A stretch of 64,000 nt of DNA. It comes from an uncultured Clostridium sp. (GTDB lineage Bacteria; Bacillota; Clostridia; TANB77; CAG-508). The notes under the pieces were generated by a model, which was given only the letters and a program-made list of their open reading frames with translations, did no database searches and had not been told where the DNA came from. The translations under genes and the position numbers were made by a program. The stretch is taken from assembly GCA_946500615.1 (NCBI GenBank), contig CAMMWP010000003.1:20756-84755 (forward strand), written 5' to 3'. This document shows, piece after piece, positions 9,590 through 17,128 of the stretch. Position 1 is the stretch's first letter, and each line of letters starts with the position of its first letter.

Positions 9590-10873
9590 ATGAATGATAA
9601 GAAAGAAAAACTATACTGGAGAAGGTTAGATAATTCAGCAAAAATATTTCCCATATCTGCTGGTAAAAAATATAGTACGGTTTTTAGATTGTCAGTTGTA
9701 TTAAAAGAAAAAATACAGCCCCCAATATTACAGATAGCTGTAGAAAAGGCTTTAGAGCAATATGCACTTTTTAAAGTTCGCCTAAAAAATGGATTTTTTT
9801 GGAACTATTTTGAATATAATCCTAAAAAAATATTGATAGAAGAGGAAAAAGAATATCCTTGTAAGTATATAGAGCCAAAAGAAAATAATCATTATTTGTT
9901 TAAAGTAACATATTTCGACAAAAAAATAAATATTGATATATTTCATTCACTAACAGACGGAAATAGTGGTGTCATGTTTTTTAGAGAAATTGTATATAAT
10001 TATATAGAATTAGCACACAAAGAAGAATTTCAAGAAGAACTAAGAAGAAAAAGAAAGTTTGATATATCCACAGAAGACAGTTATATTAAAAATTATGATA
10101 AGAAGGCAAAAGGAAATAATTCTTCCAAAAAAGCATATAAATTAGTAGGAAGAATGATAAAACTAGGAGCCATTTCGGCTATTCATGAAATAATTGATTT
10201 GCCACAGTTAAAGCAAGAAGCAAAAGAGCATGAAGCAACAATAACACAATACTTAACGGCTGTTTTAATATATGCAATCTATCAAGCCAATTACATAAAA
10301 AATAAAGGGAAAAAACCAATAAAAGTATGTATACCTGTTAATTTAAAAAAATATTTTCCGTCTAATACAATTTCGAATTTCTTTTCATATATAACAATAG
10401 AAGCTGAAATGAAAAAAGACCAAATAGATACATTTGATAAAATATTACATTTTGTCAAAAAGGAATTTGCCAAAAAACTTGAACCCCAAGAAATACAAAA
10501 AACAATGTCTGGAAATGTAAAATTAGGGACAAATCCGTTTATTAAATTAATACCATTAGTTTTAAAAAAGCCCATTGTTCGATTAAGCTATTTAGAAATT
10601 AGAAAATATACAACAACAACTTTTTCTAATATAGGGAGAATAGGGATTATTGGTAAATATCAAAAATATATTGAAGACTTTTTGATGTTAATTGCTCCAG
10701 AACCAGTAGAAAAAATTAAATGTTCTGCTTGCTCATTTGAAAACCATATTGTATTTACATTTACATCTATTCTAGATGATTGTGCAATAGAAAAAGAGTT
10801 TTATAAATTTTTAAAAGAAAAACATATTACAGTAAAAATAGAGAGTAATGCAATTTTAGACATAGAAAAATAG
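9590..10873 (+). CDS. Condensation-domain-like acyltransferase (HxxxDG motif)
   Basis: FHSLTDGNSG matches the HHxxxDG catalytic motif of condensation / alcohol-acyltransferase-like enzymes. The start lies 13 nt after the esterase stop. Confidence 0.55.
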   Translation: MNDKKEKLYWRRLDNSAKIFPISAGKKYSTVFRLSVVLKEKIQPPILQIAVEKALEQYALFKVRLKNGFFWNYFEYNPKKILIEEEKEYPCKYIEPKENNHYLFKVTYFDKKINIDIFHSLTDGNSGVMFFREIVYNYIELAHKEEFQEELRRKRKFDISTEDSYIKNYDKKAKGNNSSKKAYKLVGRMIKLGAISAIHEIIDLPQLKQEAKEHEATITQYLTAVLIYAIYQANYIKNKGKKPIKVCIPVNLKKYFPSNTISNFFSYITIEAEMKKDQIDTFDKILHFVKKEFAKKLEPQEIQKTMSGNVKLGTNPFIKLIPLVLKKPIVRLSYLEIRKYTTTTFSNIGRIGIIGKYQKYIEDFLMLIAPEPVEKIKCSACSFENHIVFTFTSILDDCAIEKEFYKFLKEKHITVKIESNAILDIEK

Positions 10874-10886
10874 GGGAAGAAAGGAA

Positions 10887-11456
10887 ATGTATATGCTTTA
10901 TCCTAAAAAATTAAGTAGTAAAAAAAGTAATGTATTAATAAAAATATTATTAGGTGTTTCATTGTTAATAGCAATTATTTTAACGATAGTAAATAAATTG
11001 ACAACACCTAATATACACTGGGCTGCACTTGTAAATGGTGGTATTATTTATGCGTGGATCACAGTAAGATATTCAATCAATAAGAGAACCAACATTGCAG
11101 GACATGTTATGATACAAGCAATTGCCATTTCACTTTTAACGACATATATAGATTATAATTTTGGGTTTAAGGGCTGGTCTTTAGAAATTTCTATTCCTAT
11201 TATTATTATGATAGCCAATGTGACAATGCTAGTATTAACAATTGTTAGTCATAGAAAATATGTTAGATATGCGATTTACCAATTAGTGATTTGTATTTAT
11301 AGCTTGATACCGATTTATTTTATGCAAAAAGCCTTAATTAATCATTTCATTTTAAGTTATATTGCAATAGGGATATCTATTTTGAATTTTATTTTAACAA
11401 TTATCCTTTCTGCTAGAGATGTAAAAGAAGCGATTATAAGGAAATTTCATATTTGA
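10887..11456 (+). CDS. Integral membrane protein, unknown function
   Basis: About 5 predicted TM helices. Third gene of the 8680-11456 operon. The start could instead be the ATG at 10893. Confidence 0.6.
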   Translation: MYMLYPKKLSSKKSNVLIKILLGVSLLIAIILTIVNKLTTPNIHWAALVNGGIIYAWITVRYSINKRTNIAGHVMIQAIAISLLTTYIDYNFGFKGWSLEISIPIIIMIANVTMLVLTIVSHRKYVRYAIYQLVICIYSLIPIYFMQKALINHFILSYIAIGISILNFILTIILSARDVKEAIIRKFHI

Positions 11457-11457
11457 T

Positions 11458-11516
11458 CGTTTGGGACATGCCAAAATGGACAAAAAATGTCCAATTTGGC
11501 ATGTCCCCAATGGTTC
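11458..11516. repeat. Palindromic copy of the GGGACA / AAATGGACA repeat family
   Basis: gggacatgccaaaatggaca aaaaaa tgtccaatttggcatgtccc (20-bp arms, 1 mismatch). Confidence 0.6.
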
Positions 11517-11524
11517 AAAAACGC

Positions 11525-11563
11525 AAAAAACTTCTTAGAATTCAGTACTCTAAGAAGTTTTTT
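11525..11563 (+). terminator. Bidirectional-type terminator hairpin (also the left copy of an inverted repeat pair)
   Basis: aaaaaacttcttaga - attcagtac - tctaagaagtttttt. Confidence 0.7.
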
Positions 11564-11721
11564 ACAAGTCAATTTTAACAATAAAATATAGTGAAGTCAA
11601 TAAAAAATATCAAAAAAATTTATTTCAAAAATGGAATTAAAATTTAAAAATTTAAGAAAGTTTAACAATTTAAAAATTTAATAAAAATCAGTAATATCAA
11701 TGATTTAAGAGAATGATATAT

Positions 11722-11745
11722 CTTCTTAGAGTACTGAAATCTAAG
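11722..11745. repeat. Inverted copy of the 11535-11557 sequence
   Basis: The reverse complement of cttcttagagtactgaaatctaa matches ttagaattcagtactctaagaag at 22 of 23 positions. Confidence 0.5.
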
Positions 11746-11776
11746 TAAAAAACAAGAAATATAATACAATTATATG

Positions 11777-11805
11777 TTGACTTAATACAAAAAAACAGAT
11801 AAAAT
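11777..11805 (+). promoter_or_regulatory. Candidate sigma-A promoter upstream of the orphan pilin-like gene
   Basis: TTGACT - 17 nt - TAAAAT. Confidence 0.45.
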
Positions 11806-11981
11806 AAAAATGTATAAAAAAGTTTGTAAATAGAAAGAATATAGAAGAATATAAATCATTATTTATATTAAGCATAAAAACATGTAAGTCTATTTACAAA
11901 AATTTTCAAGCACTCTAAGAATACAAATATTATAAAAAAAGCATAAATTAAAGTATGTAAAACGAGAGAGGAGAAGAAAAA

Positions 11982-13133
11982 ATGAGAAAAACAGAAAAGA
12001 AAAAAAAGAAAAATGATGATGGTATTACATTAATAGCATTAGTTATAACAATCATAGTGCTATTAATCTTAACAGGTGTAACGATGGCAATGTTATTAGG
12101 AGATAATGGAATTATAACAAAGGCACAAGAAGCCAAAACACAAACAGAAATAGCAGAATGGGAAGAAAGAATAGATTTGGTAATAGCAGGAGCAATGATT
12201 AAAGAAGATGCTACAATAGAAGATATCATAGAAGGGTTAAAAAAGGAAGAAATTATAGATGATGAAAGTCAAGTAAATAGAGAAACAGGAGATATAACAA
12301 CCAATAGTCCAAGTTACGTCATATCAGATAAATTAGATGATTATCTTTCGAATATAAAAATAAATATAAGCAAAATACCAGAAAGTGAAACATCAAGCAT
12401 TGTATACTTAGAAGTAGAAAGTGTAGAAGGAATAGAGGAGATAAATTTAAATAAATTAGATATTAGCAAATTAAGTCAAACAGAAAAGGAAAACTTACTT
12501 AAAGAGATAGTGCTATTTCAAGAAAATAACTTTGGAGGAGGACATTATTATGCAAGTTTTGAAGAATTTATAGAAAAGAATTTTGGAGGTAATGAGCAGT
12601 ATTTTTGGGAAGTGATAGAAGAATATGGAGGAATAGATAGTCAATTAGAAGAAATAATAGAAACATTAAAAGAAAAGAATGTTGAAACAATTAATGGTTA
12701 TAAAGTGATTAATCCAGAAGAAGAGGAAAGTAGCACATATTTTGCAACAGAAAATGCAACATATACATTTAAGATAAAAGATATAATAACAGGGCAAGTT
12801 TATACAAAAACTGTAGAAGTTACCAATATAGATACTAATCAAGAATATTATGTAAAAAGCTTAGAATTTGATATTTTTTTATTAGATAAAGAAAATAATG
12901 AAGTTGATTTTGAACAAGCATATATTATATATAAAGGAGAAAGAATAGATATAAGTTCGTGCATAGATAAGGAAGAAGTATCATATATGAGAATATATAA
13001 TGTTGCATGGTATTTAGAAGAGATACAAAAAGTAGATGATCAGGACGAATTAACAGAAACGAGACAAATTTTTGAAATAGTAAAAGATGGAAAAAGCTAT
13101 TTTGGAGCAGTGCTAATTCATTGGGAGGAATAG
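11982..13133 (+). CDS. Pilin-like protein with a large acidic C-terminal domain (383 aa)
   Basis: The N-terminus KKKKNDDG/ITLIALVITIIVLLILTGVTMAMLLGDNGIITKA is nearly identical to the two pilins at 48154 and 48585. GGAG RBS. Confidence 0.6.
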   Translation: MRKTEKKKKKNDDGITLIALVITIIVLLILTGVTMAMLLGDNGIITKAQEAKTQTEIAEWEERIDLVIAGAMIKEDATIEDIIEGLKKEEIIDDESQVNRETGDITTNSPSYVISDKLDDYLSNIKINISKIPESETSSIVYLEVESVEGIEEINLNKLDISKLSQTEKENLLKEIVLFQENNFGGGHYYASFEEFIEKNFGGNEQYFWEVIEEYGGIDSQLEEIIETLKEKNVETINGYKVINPEEEESSTYFATENATYTFKIKDIITGQVYTKTVEVTNIDTNQEYYVKSLEFDIFLLDKENNEVDFEQAYIIYKGERIDISSCIDKEEVSYMRIYNVAWYLEEIQKVDDQDELTETRQIFEIVKDGKSYFGAVLIHWEE

Positions 13134-13198
13134 TATAGAGAGTAAGAAAAAGTTTTGTGTGCATTGCTAGAGTGAAGCATTTTCCTATAGTTAAAAAA

Positions 13199-13238
13199 AT
13201 AGACATAAAAATTTTTGGATTTTTATGTCTATTTTTTT
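13199..13238 (+). terminator. Rho-independent terminator after the pilin-like gene
   Basis: Perfect 14-bp stem atagacataaaaat/atttttatgtctat followed by a T run. Confidence 0.75.
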
Positions 13239-13451
13239 GATGATGAAAAGAAAGAGTTTATTTTGAGAAAGTCTATAAGAATATAAGAAATACTACAATG
13301 AAAAATACATATAAAAATTTTATTTAAAAAATGAATATTCCACATATAACTGACACAATCATCTCCATAAAATGATGTATAAGTAACTGTTAGATTGATA
13401 AAAAAGGTATAAAAGTGATATAGTTTACTAGGGGATAGGAAAGGAGGGAAT

Positions 13452-14386
13452 ATGTGGATATTAGATAAAATAATAAGTAGAAGTTACACCATTAAGTTTG
13501 AAGAACTTTCAGAAGAATGGCTAGAACTAAAAAAAAATACCATCAAACAATCTACATATTATAAATATGCATATTGCATAGAAAAGTATTTAAAAGAAAG
13601 ACTAGGAAAATTAAAAAAGAAAGATTTGGAAAAGTATAATTATAATCAAATGACAAATGAATTAACAAAAGAATTATCCCCAAAATCAGTAAAAGAAATA
13701 TTAAATGTTTTGAAATCGATATTAAAATATGCAAATCAAAAATATGATATGAATATACATTTGGATTTGATTATTTCACCTAAAGTGCGTGTAAAAGAAA
13801 TTAATGTACTGTCGAAAAAAGAAGAGAACAGGTTAGAAAAATACTGTTTAAAAGAAAATAGTTTGAAAAGTCTAGGTATATTGATCTGTCTTAATACAGG
13901 GTTGAGAATAGGAGAGATTTGTGCTTTAAAATGGGAAAATATAGACTTGGACAAAAGAGTTATTTATATCAGAAAAACATTGCAAAGAGTATATACAATT
14001 GAAAAGAAAACACAAATTATTATTGATAGTAGCAAAACAGAATCTTCAATAAGAGCAATCCCTATGTCAGATAAAATTTATCATTTATTAAAAGAGATAT
14101 ATAAAAAAGAATATGTAGAGTCTTTTTTTTTTTAACAGGCTCAAAATTGCAATATGTAGAGCCAAGATGTTATCAAAATGCTTTCAAAAGGATTTTAAAA
14201 GCAAGTAGAGTAAAAGAATACAATTTCCACATTTTAAGACATACTTTTGCAACCAACTGTATCAAAGTTGGGATGGATATCAAATCGCTTAGTGAAATTT
14301 TAGGACATGCTAGTGTGGATGTTACATTAAATCGTTATGTGCATTCTTCATATGAAATGAAAAAGAAGTTTTTGGAAAGATTGTAG
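13452..14386 (+). pseudogene. Phage-type tyrosine integrase interrupted by a frameshift in a T11 homopolymer
   Basis: ORFs 13452-14135 and 14147-14386 together form an integrase (SAM-like N-domain, RIGEICALKWENID, HILRHTFAT, LGHASVDVTLNRYVH). The frames join at the T run 14123-14133. A run of 12 or 9 T would restore the frame. Confidence 0.75.
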
Positions 14387-14638
14387 CAAAATGAATTATT
14401 TTAATAAAGCATATGCAATTTTATCTGACTTGCGAAAGCGAGACAGAAGAAAAATTGAGTCTCGAGGTTTTATACTTTAAGGACGAAAGACAGAGTGGGT
14501 ACAATAATTTCAAATTCCGCATAAAATGTCGATTCCTTTCCAAAAGATGGGAAGCGACAAGAATGAACGGAATTTGCTGGAACAGTATTCGTAAAAATTA
14601 TATCTAGAGGATTACCGTTCTGATAACTACAAACGACA

Positions 14639-14661
14639 GGGGCGACTGCCCCCGTTTTTTT
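14639..14661 (+). terminator. Short GC-rich terminator
   Basis: ggggc-gact-gcccc followed by 7 T. Confidence 0.5.
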
Positions 14662-14662
14662 A

Positions 14663-14823
14663 TACAATAGGAAAGTAACCCTTTCCTATTGTAAAAAAAA
14701 CGCTTCGCGCTAACGATTGCACACAATTTTACATACGTAAAATTGGCGCTGAACAAATTTACGGAAAGCCAAAGAGAAAAGTTAAAGATTACACAAATGT
14801 TAAGGCTTTCCGATTTGTTCTAC
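14663..14823. repeat. Mosaic intergenic repeat (hairpin module + gcacacaaattttac..gtaaaat module + gaacaa..ttgttc module)
   Basis: Modules recur at 5301-5352, 22166-22235, 25483-25756, 27305-27345 and 33894-34059. Confidence 0.6.
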
Positions 14824-14845
14824 AAGAGGAAAGTAAGTCTTGCTA

Positions 14846-14874
14846 TTGACAAACAAAAAATATTGTACTAAAAT
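14846..14874 (+). promoter_or_regulatory. Candidate sigma-A promoter of the MarR/ABC operon
   Basis: TTGACA - 17 nt - TAAAAT. Confidence 0.6.
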
Positions 14875-14905
14875 AGTTAGGTCACGAACTAAAAGAGGTG
14901 TTGAA

Positions 14906-15352
14906 ATGGAAAAAAAAGAAATAGGAAAATATATTCAAATTGTCTCAAGACAACTAAAAAGAAATATGGACGAAACCCTAAATAAATACAATGTAACAGG
15001 AGTACAGTCCATGCTCATAGGATATATTTATAAAAAATCAAAAAACGAAGAAGTTTTTGCCAAAGATATTGAAGAAGAATTTGAAATGAGAAAAGCAACC
15101 GTTGCAGGTATTATCCAACTAATGGAAACAAATGGGCTTATTGAAAGAAGAGCCAAAGAAGGAGATTGTAGACTAAAAAGTATTGTCTTAACACAAAAAG
15201 CATTAGAAATCCAAAAAATTGCCAAAAAACAAATTGACATAACAGAAAAAAACATTGTAAAAGAGATGACAAAAGAAGAACAAATACAATTTTTACAGCT
15301 ATTAAAAAAAGCATCAAGCAATTTAGAAAACTGTAAAAAAAGTATGCATTAG
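14906..15352 (+). CDS. MarR-family transcriptional regulator
   Basis: Winged-helix region (FAKDIEEEFEMRKATVAGIIQLMETNGLIERR). ATG at 14906 follows AGAGGTG. The ORF-track start at 14840 overlaps the promoter. Confidence 0.8.
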   Translation: MEKKEIGKYIQIVSRQLKRNMDETLNKYNVTGVQSMLIGYIYKKSKNEEVFAKDIEEEFEMRKATVAGIIQLMETNGLIERRAKEGDCRLKSIVLTQKALEIQKIAKKQIDITEKNIVKEMTKEEQIQFLQLLKKASSNLENCKKSMH

Positions 15353-15388
15353 TAAACAATAAAAAAACATAAGGAAAGGAGAAAAATC

Positions 15389-17128
15389 ATGTTAAAAAAA
15401 TTAGCAAGTTATATTAAAGAATACAAAAAAGACACCATATTAACACCTATCTTTGTTATTTTAGAAGTGGTTATGGAGGTAATTATACCTTTACTAATGG
15501 CTAGAATTATAGATATCGGCATTCAAAATGGAGATGTTCACTACATTCTAAAAATGGGTGCTTTATTAATCGTTTCAGCCATATTGTCTCTAACATTTGG
15601 GATGTTATCGGGAAGATTTGCGGCAAAAGCTTCAGCAGGATATGCAAAAAATTTAAGAAAAGCAATGTTTCATAAAATACAAGACTATTCATTTGAAAAT
15701 ATAGACAAATTTTCAACATCTAGTTTAGTTACACGTATGACAACAGATGTAACCAATGTACAGATGGCCTTTCAAATGATTATTAGAATCTTAGTAAGAG
15801 GACCAATCATGATGATATTTGCCTTATTGATGGTTATGTCTATCAGTTTAAAATTATCCGCAGTATTTTTTGTAGCAATACCAGTTTTAGGAGCTATCTT
15901 ATTTTATATTGCCATAAAAGCACACCCTAATTTTGAAAGAGTATTTAAGAAATATGATAAATTAAACCGAGTTGTCCAAGAAAATGTATCAGCAATCAGA
16001 GTGGTAAAAGCATATGTTAGAGAATCATTTGAAGAAAAGAAATTTAAAGAAGTCAATGACGAAGTATATGAAAACTTCAAAAAAGCAGAAAAAATAGTTG
16101 CATTTAATGGACCAGTGATGCAATTTACCATTTATGCCTGTATCTTATTAATTTCATGGATTGGTACCCAATTAATTGTAGGGGGAGAAATGGGAACAGG
16201 TCAATTGTCAAGTATTATTACATACGCATGGCAAATTCTAGCAAGTTTAATGATGTTATCATTTGTATTTGTTATGATTATTATGGCACAATCATCAGCA
16301 GAAAGAATTGTTGAAGTAATTGATGAAGAACCAACCATAAAAGATAAAGAAAAACCAGTGACAGAAGTAAAAGATGGATCTATTACATTTGAAAATGTAA
16401 GTTTCCAATATAGTGATGAGCAAAAAGATGATAAATATGCACTGGAAAATATTAATTTAGAAATCAAAGCAGGAGAAACCATAGGAATTATTGGAGGAAC
16501 AGGAAGTTCAAAATCAACACTTGTGCAATTAATTCCAAGACTATATGATGTTACCAAAGGAACCATTAAAGTCGGTGGTATTGATGTAAAAGATTATGAA
16601 ATCCATAGCTTAAGAGACGCTGTCGCAATGGTATTACAAAAAAATGTCTTATTTTCTGGAACGATTGCAGAAAATTTACGTTGGGGAAACAAAGAAGCAG
16701 ACCAAGAAGAATTAGAAGAAGCATGTAAATTAGCACAAGCAGATGGATTTATCAAAGAATTCCCAAGTAAATATGAAACCGTATTAGATCAAGGTGGTAC
16801 AAATGTTTCGGGAGGGCAAAAACAAAGAATTTGTATCGCAAGAGCTATGCTGAAAAAACCAAAAATATTAATTTTAGATGATTCAACAAGTGCAGTAGAT
16901 ACCAAAACAGATGCATTAATCAGAAAAGCATTTAGAGAAGAAATTCCCAATACAACCAAAATTATCATTGCACAAAGAGTTTCATCAGTAGAAGATGCCG
17001 ATAAAATCATTGTCTTAAATGAAGGAAAAATAGATGGAATAGGAACATCAGAAGAATTGTTAAAGACGAATGAAATTTATAGAGAAGTATATGAATCACA
17101 GATGAAAGGAGGAGACGAAGATGCCTAA
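15389..17128 (+). CDS. ABC exporter, fused permease/ATPase subunit 1
   Basis: Six-TM domain followed by Walker A GGTGSSKST, signature VSGGQKQR and Walker B ILILDDSTS. Confidence 0.9.
   Translation: MLKKLASYIKEYKKDTILTPIFVILEVVMEVIIPLLMARIIDIGIQNGDVHYILKMGALLIVSAILSLTFGMLSGRFAAKASAGYAKNLRKAMFHKIQDYSFENIDKFSTSSLVTRMTTDVTNVQMAFQMIIRILVRGPIMMIFALLMVMSISLKLSAVFFVAIPVLGAILFYIAIKAHPNFERVFKKYDKLNRVVQENVSAIRVVKAYVRESFEEKKFKEVNDEVYENFKKAEKIVAFNGPVMQFTIYACILLISWIGTQLIVGGEMGTGQLSSIITYAWQILASLMMLSFVFVMIIMAQSSAERIVEVIDEEPTIKDKEKPVTEVKDGSITFENVSFQYSDEQKDDKYALENINLEIKAGETIGIIGGTGSSKSTLVQLIPRLYDVTKGTIKVGGIDVKDYEIHSLRDAVAMVLQKNVLFSGTIAENLRWGNKEADQEELEEACKLAQADGFIKEFPSKYETVLDQGGTNVSGGQKQRICIARAMLKKPKILILDDSTSAVDTKTDALIRKAFREEIPNTTKIIIAQRVSSVEDADKIIVLNEGKIDGIGTSEELLKTNEIYREVYESQMKGGDEDA

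Noticed and set aside
14413-14667. Two overlapping 64-65 aa ORFs (+ and -) after the integrase
   Set aside because: There is no RBS. The region is dominated by RNA-like helices and ends in a terminator. It is treated as non-coding.
14387-14840. tRNA or tmRNA gene as the integrase target
   Set aside because: No cloverleaf-compatible sequence, T-loop (GGTTCGAAT-like) or CCA-adjacent acceptor stem was found on either strand.
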